A stretch of DNA of 54,890 nt from an uncultured virus (IMG/VR IMGVR_UViG_3300013127_000001). Lineage: Duplodnaviria; Heunggongvirae; Uroviricota; Caudoviricetes. The DNA lies in IMG/VR virus record IMGVR_UViG_3300013127_000001; one strand, written 5' to 3'. Position numbers and translations under genes: made by a program. A model generated the notes under the pieces. That model searched no databases and was not told the origin of the DNA. It worked only from the letters and a program-made list of their open reading frames with translations. This document shows, piece by piece, positions 27,457 to 37,071 of the stretch (position 1 is its first letter; each line of letters starts with the position of its first letter).

Positions 27457-29236
27457 ACTTCTTACCCTTTGGAGGTGTTGAAGTTCGTTTGCTGCTTCGA
27501 GCAAGACCTTTCGCCTTTGACAGGTGATTGTTCAATTGCTCTTGCACTGCGGAATTATCTACCTCGTCGTCAAAGTCGTCAGACTTTTCTTCTTCAGCAT
27601 CGTCTTCCTCATCGTCTTCGTCATCAAAATCCTCATCCTCGAGCTCATCGTCATCAAGCTCGTCTTCGTCAAGCTCTTCCTCGTCTTCATCGTCGAAATC
27701 GTCTTCGACTTCAAAAGGAGGCTTTTTCTTCGTTGGATTTGGTTTTGATTTCGTTGCAACAACAGGCTCGTCATCAAAAGATTCCTCTTCATCAGACTGA
27801 GCAGCGTTGACGTCTTCCTCATCGTCTTCAAATTCGTCGACCAAGTCAGCAGCACTCTTTGGTTTGTCTGCTTTCTTCGTAGTCTTGGTCTTTGTCGCAG
27901 GTGTAGTAGTTTGCACTACTTCCTCTTCGACGTCGTCCTCATCTTCCTCTTCGTCGTCCATGTCAGGCTTTTGAACTAACACGGCTTTTCGATTCTTGAG
28001 AACAGTTTGAACGGAATCGAAATTCAAGTATTCCGGATTCGACATCCAGCAAAATTCAAGCAGCTTTGGAACTTGTTTGTACGCCTTTGCAATGAGAAGG
28101 CATCGCTCCTCAATTGTCGGCTCGTGCAACAAATACGAATCCTCAGGATCCGCGCTGCTTTCTTTCCAAAAGAACAAATGCTTCGACAAGATATTGTCGA
28201 CCTGTTCTTTCGACAAATCAGCTGTCAATTTGCCGTTTGGTCCTTCATACACCTTCGACACCGCTGCTTCGTACTCAACCACTTGCGGATTAAGGATACC
28301 GCGGAACGTTGAGTTCTTTTCAATCTCTACCTTTTCTGGGTTGTACAGCGTGAAAAACACGCCGCCTTTAACTATCCCAGAACTAGCATCGAAATGACCG
28401 CAAGGATCTCCGTATTTGAACATAACGGATGGATTGACATTCTCGTCGCCTTCCCAATCTTGCTTTTCAGCGCAGCAAAGCTGTAACAGCTTTTTGCCAG
28501 CACTAATCGGGAGCTGAAGAATAACCAAAGGATCTTCGGGCCCTTCGCCAAGCGGAATTCCATTACGAGCGATATCCTTCGAGACGTCCTTACCAGACTT
28601 TCGATACTCAATGTGCTCTCGCGTCAAGTCCAGTGATGGACCATTTTCGTAAACAGAGCACACAACAAAGTGGCGTTGCTTGAACGGACCCAAAGCTGGG
28701 TTTTCTTTGTTTGTCATCAAAGCATTCCACTTTGGATCCCAAGCACGACCGTGACCAAATTCGCCCGTGTCTCGAGCTTTCTTCGCCGTTACATACAGCT
28801 TGACATACGGTTCGTCCCAGAACCCGACACCCTCATAGACGCTAGCCTTACTACGAGCGATGATGTAAGAACACGGCTCAGCATCTTCTGGTCTAGACAG
28901 GTAATTGCCGATAGTGTCCTTGTTAATACCAGCATACTGCACGCAGTACGCAGGCTCTGAAATGGACATCCCACCAAGACCAGCCATGTCGACTGCGGAC
29001 AAACGACCGTTTAGCAACGCGTCACTGGGGTTCTCTGGATCAAGCATGTTCCAGATACGAATGACGGTTTTTCCGTTCTTGTAGCAACGGAGACGATCAA
29101 ACCGAACATTCTTGAGCTTTGGATTGATGCTGAAGTCTCCTTTCGGAGTCATCGCAAATCCGTCATCCTTCGTACTGTCCAACTGTCGATTTACCGACTC
29201 ACGAGTACGTGGCACCAAACTTCTTTTCTTACGCAT
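27452..29236 (-). CDS. Putative single-stranded DNA-binding/replication protein with a long acidic tail
   Basis: Globular N-terminus plus an Asp/Glu-rich C-terminus; located between tmk and recA. Confidence 0.5.
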   Translation of the reverse strand: MRKKRSLVPRTRESVNRQLDSTKDDGFAMTPKGDFSINPKLKNVRFDRLRCYKNGKTVIRIWNMLDPENPSDALLNGRLSAVDMAGLGGMSISEPAYCVQYAGINKDTIGNYLSRPEDAEPCSYIIARSKASVYEGVGFWDEPYVKLYVTAKKARDTGEFGHGRAWDPKWNALMTNKENPALGPFKQRHFVVCSVYENGPSLDLTREHIEYRKSGKDVSKDIARNGIPLGEGPEDPLVILQLPISAGKKLLQLCCAEKQDWEGDENVNPSVMFKYGDPCGHFDASSGIVKGGVFFTLYNPEKVEIEKNSTFRGILNPQVVEYEAAVSKVYEGPNGKLTADLSKEQVDNILSKHLFFWKESSADPEDSYLLHEPTIEERCLLIAKAYKQVPKLLEFCWMSNPEYLNFDSVQTVLKNRKAVLVQKPDMDDEEEDEDDVEEEVVQTTTPATKTKTTKKADKPKSAADLVDEFEDDEEDVNAAQSDEEESFDDEPVVATKSKPNPTKKKPPFEVEDDFDDEDEEELDEDELDDDELEDEDFDDEDDEEDDAEEEKSDDFDDEVDNSAVQEQLNNHLSKAKGLARSSKRTSTPPKGKKS

Positions 29237-29919
29237 CAGTCAATTCCTCTTTCGTACATTTGAAACAACATTCCACGCACATTCTCTACGATTTCATCAA
29301 TCGGTTTGAGACTGTCATTGGATACACATTCGACGGTCTGAAAACATGTCGAAGACGGATGATAATTTATCAGTTCCGACATGTAAAAGGACCGCACACG
29401 GCTCAGATACTGCTCATCTGCCTCGAAAATATCCGAGGCCTTATCAGTATAGCTGCGTGTCGCCTTCTTGGCAATGTTTTGGACTGCAAACTTTACCGGA
29501 ACGTCAAGGAAAAAAATCACGTCAGGTACGGGCATCTGGAGAAACCCATACTCGAACTTCGCAAAATGTCTTACCAGCGCATCACGTTCTCCTTCCTCCA
29601 CTTTCATTGCGGAATAACACAGGTTTGACGGAATGTATCGGTCACATAACACAAAGTCACAGTTGCTCAATCGGTTTTTCAAGTAATCCCGACTTTCAAA
29701 CCGATCCATGGCAAACAAAGTACCATGCAGATAAGGATGGGCTTCAGTACCAAAGTCACCGTTCAAATAACGTCCAACAAGTTTTCCGTAACTTGTGTTC
29801 TCGTACCTTGGGAAGCTTAGTTTCTCTGCTTTCACCTCTGCACTCGCTAATGTAGCAAGTAACTTCGTAGTTACGGTACCTTTGCCGGAACCATCAATAC
29901 CCTCAATCACTACAAACAT
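29236..29919 (-). CDS. tmk: Thymidylate kinase
   Basis: IEGIDGSGKGT, SFPRY, FAMDR, CDRY and PDVIFFLDV motifs. Confidence 0.93.
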   Translation of the reverse strand: MFVVIEGIDGSGKGTVTTKLLATLASAEVKAEKLSFPRYENTSYGKLVGRYLNGDFGTEAHPYLHGTLFAMDRFESRDYLKNRLSNCDFVLCDRYIPSNLCYSAMKVEEGERDALVRHFAKFEYGFLQMPVPDVIFFLDVPVKFAVQNIAKKATRSYTDKASDIFEADEQYLSRVRSFYMSELINYHPSSTCFQTVECVSNDSLKPIDEIVENVRGMLFQMYERGID

Positions 29920-32900
29920 TTACCATTTCCTTTTCTTTGGAAACCTCTCAGGTTCAACAAGATTTGCAACAGGCCTTGCTTTACTAGCCAGGACAACAGA
30001 ACGCTGCGGTTTAGCTTCTCCAGGTTTGCTGTAGTTCACAACGCAACCTTCAACTCCACCGTGACCAGTAGGTAGATTACGTTCGACTGCTTGCTCGAAA
30101 GTTAATCCTTCGCCCCAATGATCCATCACCTCAGCTTCAATACCAAGATAGTAAGGCCCCGAACCTGTTGGTATCCCTTCCAAATTAGAAGGGTAAATTG
30201 GCACAGCCTTTCTCATGTACGTCGGTAACACATGCTCACACACGTGCTTAACGTATTTGTAAGGAACCTCCAACAAAATCGCATCGTGAATTTGTAGGAG
30301 GATTGTGAACATGTCCCGACCTTTTCTAAATTGCTTCATCTTGTAGTCGTGGATGTAAGCCAACGCACGACTTACAGCAGAAGCAATCATACTTTGAATC
30401 GGATAGTTCATTGCTTGACGTTCAAACTCAGCAGCCAAAGCTAGGTCACCGGCAGAATCAGGAAACCGACGAAAACGTCCGTAACAGTTACACAGGTATC
30501 GCTCTTTTACAAGTTCTCCAGTTCCAGGATCTACATAGCGACCGGTAGCCCTTTGCTGACACTCCTCAAAAAACGGCTTCAGTAACGGATACATTTGAAA
30601 AATCGCGTTGATAACGGCTTGCGCCTCATCGACGGTAATTTCAATTCCCTGCTCTTTAGCAGCAACAGCAATAGCTTTTGCCCCTCGACCGTAAGCAATA
30701 CCAAAAATAACCGACTTAGCCACAATACGAATGTGCTTTTTACCGATTGAAGCCAAACCACTTTTGGTCGGCAAACAATTCAGCTTAAACGCAAACACGG
30801 CCACATTAGAGTGAATGTCGTAGTAGTCTGGGTGATCTTCTGGTAACTGATTTCGTGTGGCATGCTCAATCATGTTAGGATCACCAGACATGACTGCCAT
30901 ACCAAACAACTCAGCACCTACGTAATCTGCCTCAATCAACACATGACCCGGAGACGCTTTCAGTACACTCCGCAGACTGTACTTGTACTCGTCGCCCAGA
31001 AGCCGCTTGTAGTCAGGGTCCCGCTGCTTGCTGATATTCTGCAAGTTGGGGCGGGCACTCGACCACCGGCCGGTTTCCTTGGTCTGGTAAATGTGAGTCC
31101 GGACCTTTCCGTCGTCGCAGGTCATTGACGCTAGACCGTCCTCGTATGACCAATTACCGTCGTCATCAAAAACAGCTTCACCAGTATCGTCATCTGTTAC
31201 AGGTGGACGCAAAACTGTTTTGAGAACCTGATCCAGAAATCGGTAATCTCGTAACGTGTTGATCAACCTTGCAGCGTTGGCATTAGGAGCTTGCTGCGCC
31301 ATCAAAGACAAGGCTTGCTTATTCGTGCTAGGAGCATGTTCGTGTTCCTTATGCGCTCGAATAATTTCAATCCACGGTTTTGGTGGTTTACCTGTATCAA
31401 ACAAAGGTGTCAGCGATAAGCTAATTGCAGTCTCAGGTCTAATCCTTACAGGTTTACCCGTTTCTTTATCTAGCCTTCCGTTGAGCTTATGTCCGAATAA
31501 AAACTCCTTTACATGTTGCGTTGATCGAATGTTGAAGTCTGGCCACTTGATTTCAGCTCGCAGTTGCTCCTCAATTTTTAATCTTGCTGCCACAAACCTT
31601 GCAGTCAAGAAATCAATTCGACCACGGTCTACGGTGATACCGCTACGATGAATTTCAAGAACTGAAGGTGTTGCAATTTGTGATTCCCAAAATGCTTCGC
31701 GGCAATTGTTTCCTTCGTAATCTTCGTCTAGTAACACAGAAAACTTGTAAAACAATCGCAGTGTCACATCTGCGTCATACATACCGTATGGCAACAGAAT
31801 CTCATCAGGGCACATACCGTAACCTTCAAGATCACCGCTTTTTAGCCCTTGCTCCTGACAATACTTCGTACGCCAATCCTGTAATTCTTTGTCGTACCGC
31901 GGTGCCGTCGTGTATCGCATAGCCAGTGTCTCAAGCTTGTAGGTTGCAGTCTCTTCAATTGCATGAGCCATTAAACCTGTGTCCGCGCCGCCTTCGTACT
32001 TGGTGCGATACCAAGCAGGAACATTTTCGCCTACTTTGAAACCGTCTGTGCGATATTGCTTTGACCGCTTTGTGTTCTTGTTCTCTTCAGTGATACGGTG
32101 GTCGTATAGCGGTACCAGAAAACATTCCTGAATATCAATTCCATACGCTACCAACCACTCAAGGTCAGCGTTGAAAAAATGACCAACTACGCGCTTACGT
32201 TTGAACGTAACACTCGTACCGTCGCCCAAATCCAACTCGCCTCCCTTGAAAAAGGTATTCAACAAAGCAATCGTTTTAGTCAATATGCAGCGATGATTGA
32301 CGTAACCATCTCGAAACCCTTCAACAACTTCACCGCCAGGTTCGTGCAGCTTAATCCCTACAGCTTTCTTAGGAGCCCATGCGAACTGTATCGTACGCAT
32401 ATAGCTACCTTTGTTTACCGGATGCTGTCCATGCCATTCCGCGTCAACAGCGATAACGTTGTCTTCTGCTTGTTGCTCAATCTCGATTAGAGTTTGAAGC
32501 AAGTCTGCGTGGTTATCGACAACTCGATGATCTACCTTTTCGGTTGAACCGACATCTACGTTGTTAAGCAGCGCCACAAAACGCGCAACGCCGTTTTCAA
32601 GCTGCCTCGCCGCAGACTGGTCTCTGATCACTTGCTTTGGATGAACGACAGTCATGACTTTGGCTTCTCGCCAATGATTGTCTCCATCCTTTTCAGATAA
32701 AGCTGCGTTATACCGGAAAGTTTCAACGCGACCTTCCATTTCAGCGACACCGGCAGATGTGCCAAGAAGCACTTTGCTTGCATCTGCGCCAAGGCACAAA
32801 ATGAATTTGGGTTGTACGATCTTCAGCTCTTGGTAAAGCAGGTGGAAACAGTCTTTTATCCAAACGGCTTTAAGCGTAGTCTTCCAGTCTGGTGGGCGAA

Positions 32901-33477
32901 ATTTGACTAGGTGAGTAACGTAGAAACGTCCAACGCCTTTAGCTTTTAATCGCCTAAAGATATCCAATAACAAGACCCCGTCTTCGCCTACCATACAGCG
33001 ACCAGACTTCTCCTCAGGTAGCCATGGATTCTTGTTGATAATCATGACATCCGCAGCACGAGGACCAGTTGCTTTATCCGCACCCCACAAATGTCCAGGA
33101 ACGAACGTAGCTTCTTTCTCTTGATGAGGACCGACTTCAACAGGCAGCGTAAATCCTGGGTCACGAATCGCAGAACGAATCAAGGACAACAACTTGTCAC
33201 TGTAAATCAACCGACGCTCGGTCGACTTCTTACCCTCTTCGTTTTTAACCACCTCTTCAACTACTCTCGATTCTTCGTCTCCCAAAGCTTGCACATAGCT
33301 TAGAAAAGCTGAATTAGGCGGTAGCGGAGGTAAACCAGGTGCCGTCAATGGAAATATCGCCAGACCTTGCTGCATTTCAGCCAATCTTTTCAGGTAAACC
33401 TGTTGAATGACTGGATTACCTGTTGAAGCTGTTTGCGGCACAGTTTCGCCAAAAATTTTGACTTTACGTCGAACCAT
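29920..33477 (-). CDS. polA: Family A DNA polymerase with N-terminal uracil-DNA-glycosylase-like and 3'-5' exonuclease domains
   Basis: UDG4-like VKFRPP, ELKIVQPKFILCLG and VVHP; exonuclease VDAE, FNAD, YDAD; TGRWSS.PNLQN; motif A ADY, motif B KSVIFGIAYG, motif C QIHD. Confidence 0.95.
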   Translation of the reverse strand: MVRRKVKIFGETVPQTASTGNPVIQQVYLKRLAEMQQGLAIFPLTAPGLPPLPPNSAFLSYVQALGDEESRVVEEVVKNEEGKKSTERRLIYSDKLLSLIRSAIRDPGFTLPVEVGPHQEKEATFVPGHLWGADKATGPRAADVMIINKNPWLPEEKSGRCMVGEDGVLLLDIFRRLKAKGVGRFYVTHLVKFRPPDWKTTLKAVWIKDCFHLLYQELKIVQPKFILCLGADASKVLLGTSAGVAEMEGRVETFRYNAALSEKDGDNHWREAKVMTVVHPKQVIRDQSAARQLENGVARFVALLNNVDVGSTEKVDHRVVDNHADLLQTLIEIEQQAEDNVIAVDAEWHGQHPVNKGSYMRTIQFAWAPKKAVGIKLHEPGGEVVEGFRDGYVNHRCILTKTIALLNTFFKGGELDLGDGTSVTFKRKRVVGHFFNADLEWLVAYGIDIQECFLVPLYDHRITEENKNTKRSKQYRTDGFKVGENVPAWYRTKYEGGADTGLMAHAIEETATYKLETLAMRYTTAPRYDKELQDWRTKYCQEQGLKSGDLEGYGMCPDEILLPYGMYDADVTLRLFYKFSVLLDEDYEGNNCREAFWESQIATPSVLEIHRSGITVDRGRIDFLTARFVAARLKIEEQLRAEIKWPDFNIRSTQHVKEFLFGHKLNGRLDKETGKPVRIRPETAISLSLTPLFDTGKPPKPWIEIIRAHKEHEHAPSTNKQALSLMAQQAPNANAARLINTLRDYRFLDQVLKTVLRPPVTDDDTGEAVFDDDGNWSYEDGLASMTCDDGKVRTHIYQTKETGRWSSARPNLQNISKQRDPDYKRLLGDEYKYSLRSVLKASPGHVLIEADYVGAELFGMAVMSGDPNMIEHATRNQLPEDHPDYYDIHSNVAVFAFKLNCLPTKSGLASIGKKHIRIVAKSVIFGIAYGRGAKAIAVAAKEQGIEITVDEAQAVINAIFQMYPLLKPFFEECQQRATGRYVDPGTGELVKERYLCNCYGRFRRFPDSAGDLALAAEFERQAMNYPIQSMIASAVSRALAYIHDYKMKQFRKGRDMFTILLQIHDAILLEVPYKYVKHVCEHVLPTYMRKAVPIYPSNLEGIPTGSGPYYLGIEAEVMDHWGEGLTFEQAVERNLPTGHGGVEGCVVNYSKPGEAKPQRSVVLASKARPVANLVEPERFPKKRKW

Positions 33478-33479
33478 AA

Positions 33480-34562
33480 TTACCTCTTGTTCCAAGAGAC
33501 AGTTACACCTTGCTCAGCGGCTTGCTGCAAGATGTAAGGCCTTAAAAAATCACGATCGAGTGAACCAGGATCTGTGCCGTCAGGTAAGTACACTGCGCAA
33601 AATCCGGAATTTAACTGGTCGTGTAGCGATGAAACGATTGCCGCTACTTGTGATGCAATCTTGTCTTTGACGTCCGGGTCATATAGCAACACACCACCGT
33701 AATCCTTAAAGTGTTTGCGAAACAGGGTTTGTTGCGGTTGCGTGAATGAAGCTCCAAGCGTGCATACCGCTTGAGGTCCTATCTTCCACACGTCCGTAAC
33801 ACCTTCAACCACTATACCTGTTTGATACTTTGCTGCGTTTCCGAGGTTATACAAGACTTGACGTCTTGGAGTTCCTGGAGCCGTGTAGTACTTCGGTAAG
33901 TGCGATAGTTTCCAATCAATGTCGTAAGCTGCGCGAGCCTGCCAACCGACCATTTTTTTGTTGTGGTAGATTGGAATGATTATCCGTTCTTGGCAGATAT
34001 AACGCGGAGACTCGCTGCACCAGTGCACGTTCCAAAATTTTCCGATCTTGTCTGGATCAAATCCGCGACTTGTCAGATAAACATTGGCTTCATGCTCTGG
34101 CGGAAGCTGATCGATACGGGTTACTTTGCCTGGCCAAGTCATTCGTATTTGATCAACATCAACTTCACGACCTTCCGCAATTGTGGCCTTGCGCAAACTG
34201 ACTAGCTTTTGCCCGCACAACATTTCAGCTAATTCCTGATATGCGTGAGGTGCTTTCGATGCCAGTGAACAACCGGCATTAAAGCAAAAGGCTAACTGTG
34301 TTTGCGATCTACCAAACTCGTCATCTGTACCATACCGATGATTAATGTAACACCGATATCGCGTGTCATTGCAGAAAGGACAACAAACTGCGTAGTATTC
34401 TCCAGGATGAGTGATCACCGATTTAGGTTGTCCAGTAATCAAATCCGTCGTCAATCGGCGAGTTTGTTTTTCCCCGGGATTTTTAATGCGCACATGTTTG
34501 AACGTTGCTTTACAACGTCGAAACAAAGCCCGATTAAGCGCTTTTTTCTCGTCATTGTCCAT
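33480..34562 (-). CDS. DNA primase (Zn finger plus TOPRIM)
   Basis: CPFCND, RIIIP, PKYY, VEGVTD, YDPD and DPG motifs. Confidence 0.9.
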   Translation of the reverse strand: MDNDEKKALNRALFRRCKATFKHVRIKNPGEKQTRRLTTDLITGQPKSVITHPGEYYAVCCPFCNDTRYRCYINHRYGTDDEFGRSQTQLAFCFNAGCSLASKAPHAYQELAEMLCGQKLVSLRKATIAEGREVDVDQIRMTWPGKVTRIDQLPPEHEANVYLTSRGFDPDKIGKFWNVHWCSESPRYICQERIIIPIYHNKKMVGWQARAAYDIDWKLSHLPKYYTAPGTPRRQVLYNLGNAAKYQTGIVVEGVTDVWKIGPQAVCTLGASFTQPQQTLFRKHFKDYGGVLLYDPDVKDKIASQVAAIVSSLHDQLNSGFCAVYLPDGTDPGSLDRDFLRPYILQQAAEQGVTVSWNKR

Positions 34563-34589
34563 AGTCTCCCTCAATTACTATCATTAGGC

Positions 34590-36266
34590 TCAGTCATTTG
34601 CATCAAAATCGTTTTCATCAGAATCAGTTGTAGATTGATAACTTGGGTTTGCTTCTGCCATTAAAGCATCAAACATAGGATCGCTTGCGACAATACCGGC
34701 AGTTGAAGCCGTAGACTTGTCCACAATTTTACCATCGCTGTCGATGTGAAAGTTTTCTGGTGAAGATACCAGATTAAACTCACCGTCAACTTTGATGATT
34801 GATGGAGGTAACTTATGCCAGTGACGATGCTTGGTACATGCAATTTGTCCCATGCTGTCATTGTTCAAGTTTCCAAATACAAAACAGTGATCCAAGTTTT
34901 CTGCAAAAGATTTTGAACCTTTTGCGTCTGTGTGATGCAACGTCTTTGTAGGACTAAGCATCGCATTTGCTGTGCCACTAAGCTGATGAAATATCCACGC
35001 GTGACAATCGAAGTGTTGCTTGCATATTTCTTTAGCGACACGCTCGCCAGCTTGTTGGTATGTCTTGTGATCTTCCAATATAGATCGCTTATCTGCTTTC
35101 AAAGACAAATCGCGGTCGATCATTAAACCCAAGTAATCAATGATTACATTTTTGACGTAGTGTTTGTCGCTCCTGTTTCTTAGCTCCATCTTTATTCGCT
35201 CAATGATTTCGCTTATGCCTCCATTGCCTGCGGTAGGAAAGCGTTTATCCGAGCCCGAAAAATCTAAACACAAAGTATGTTCATTCAACCAAACAATAGT
35301 ATCTTCAACACGTTTGCGTTCTGGACGAAACACTCCGTCCATAATTTCTTGCTTGAATATTCTCTTTTCGTAGGTGTCTGGATTTTCAGGATCATCCCGA
35401 AGCATTGACAAACCAACACCTGCCATCCGGTCTAAACTGTATCGGCTAACTTGCGCTGCATACATTACACTTCGTCGTTGAATCTCAGGTGCAAGTGGTG
35501 TTTCGTACGTGACAAGCACTGACAACCCTTTTTGACCATCCCATTCATCCATCAAAGTTTGTTCGTAAGCTTGTTGTGCTGTCGTACACCAGAGCATAAC
35601 TGCAAGCGTAGTTTTGCATGTGCCATACGGAGCCATGACGCCATACACTTCACCTTTACATGCACCACCGCCAAGATACTTGTCGAGGAATCCTATCCCT
35701 GTCGACTGAATCATGCGTGCTGCTCGTTTGTCCCATTCCTCTGGAAACGAAATTGTTGCACCAGAGTGATAGCTAGAAAGCTGAATAAGCTCGATCTGGC
35801 TTTGTGCCGCTCGCAAAATAAACGGCAACTGATCAAGCGACGTTTCGGTGCGAAACGTTTGTTCCAGAATTGATTTCTGGTATTGCAGTAAAAACTTTTT
35901 ACCTGCGTTGTAAGCGAACTTTTCAAACTTAGGACTATTGACAGGATAATCTGAAAACAGTTCCGGGTTGAATGCGTAAGCTAAGAAATCTTCCAGCTCT
36001 TCTCGCGAGCTTTCAGATATGATTTCGGGATCTTCTTCAAAGTAGCTTTCAAGTCCTGTTTCAATCTCAGCGAAACTAGGCAAACTACTGTAAGCTGCAT
36101 GGTGATCGAGCACTGCACGATACAGCAGCCTATATTCATCTTCCTCAAAATGTTTGACTGTCAGTCGGCCCTTAAAATGCTCAAATACGCCCTCGTTCTG
36201 CACAAGGATCGCCACGAATAATCGCAAATGGGCTCCTGACAGTCTTGTAGACTGTCGGTCTTGCAT
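34590..36266 (-). CDS. DnaB-like replicative helicase
   Basis: STGIGFLD, APYGTCKT, IIDYL and HQLS motifs. Confidence 0.85.
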   Translation of the reverse strand: MQDRQSTRLSGAHLRLFVAILVQNEGVFEHFKGRLTVKHFEEDEYRLLYRAVLDHHAAYSSLPSFAEIETGLESYFEEDPEIISESSREELEDFLAYAFNPELFSDYPVNSPKFEKFAYNAGKKFLLQYQKSILEQTFRTETSLDQLPFILRAAQSQIELIQLSSYHSGATISFPEEWDKRAARMIQSTGIGFLDKYLGGGACKGEVYGVMAPYGTCKTTLAVMLWCTTAQQAYEQTLMDEWDGQKGLSVLVTYETPLAPEIQRRSVMYAAQVSRYSLDRMAGVGLSMLRDDPENPDTYEKRIFKQEIMDGVFRPERKRVEDTIVWLNEHTLCLDFSGSDKRFPTAGNGGISEIIERIKMELRNRSDKHYVKNVIIDYLGLMIDRDLSLKADKRSILEDHKTYQQAGERVAKEICKQHFDCHAWIFHQLSGTANAMLSPTKTLHHTDAKGSKSFAENLDHCFVFGNLNNDSMGQIACTKHRHWHKLPPSIIKVDGEFNLVSSPENFHIDSDGKIVDKSTASTAGIVASDPMFDALMAEANPSYQSTTDSDENDFDAND

Positions 36267-36294
36267 TTTTTTCCTTTCATGCGAGGTACACGTT

Positions 36295-37071
36295 TCACTG
36301 CCCTAAAGCAGTCGCCATGAAACTTTTTGCCGCTACACGCAAACGCTCCGGAATTGCATCTTGCCAGATTTCATTGTAGGAATTCTGAAACAAGGTGTAA
36401 TCCAGCAACGCTAAAAATTCGTATTGCTTTGCTAGATTTTCTAGCTTGTCGCAATGTACGCTTTCGTCGTTGTTTTTTTGAACCTTTTCCACTGTCGTAA
36501 TTGCTAGGCAATACTTGAACAATGGTGATAGGCCAAGTCGAGAATCAACGATGGCGTAGTATACCGCCAAAGGGAAAGACGAGCTACCCGCTTTTTGATG
36601 CAAACGAATCGCTGAAGTTGCTCTTTGCGTTTCTGAGATGAATTGAGCACGCAACTCAACAGGTACAGCTTTTATACATTCAACAACCAAATCAATCGTA
36701 CCTGGACAAGCTAGCTGCTGAACAGTTGGAATTGATAGCGATGAAGTACGCAAAACCTTAAACAGAACTCGCACAAAAAATACTGGCGTCGTTTCTTTTT
36801 GAAGCTTACATAACTTCTTGTATGTAAGTAACCACTGGTTTTCCTTACTTCGTTCTTCCGGTGAATCAAACATAGACTTACCGTCTAAACTTGCCGCAGG
36901 ATTGTAAGGAGTCGCTTCAGGATTACGAAAACGCTCAATAAGACGACGCTCTGTAATATAAGTTTGTTTGAACTCCTCTACCTCAGGTGGAAGCGCGTTC
37001 GCATCCACTCTTCTTGCTGGTCGTGCTTGACTTCCAATTTTAGGTGGACGACTAAACTTGCGCTTATCCAT
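36295..37071 (-). CDS. Hypothetical protein
   Basis: ORF; likely start MDKRKF at 37071. Confidence 0.65.
   Translation of the reverse strand: MDKRKFSRPPKIGSQARPARRVDANALPPEVEEFKQTYITERRLIERFRNPEATPYNPAASLDGKSMFDSPEERSKENQWLLTYKKLCKLQKETTPVFFVRVLFKVLRTSSLSIPTVQQLACPGTIDLVVECIKAVPVELRAQFISETQRATSAIRLHQKAGSSSFPLAVYYAIVDSRLGLSPLFKYCLAITTVEKVQKNNDESVHCDKLENLAKQYEFLALLDYTLFQNSYNEIWQDAIPERLRVAAKSFMATALGQ

Noticed and set aside
27524..27855. Poly-Ser and hydrophobic ORFs
   Set aside because: Antisense and alternate-frame shadows of the Asp/Glu-rich tail of the 594-aa gene.
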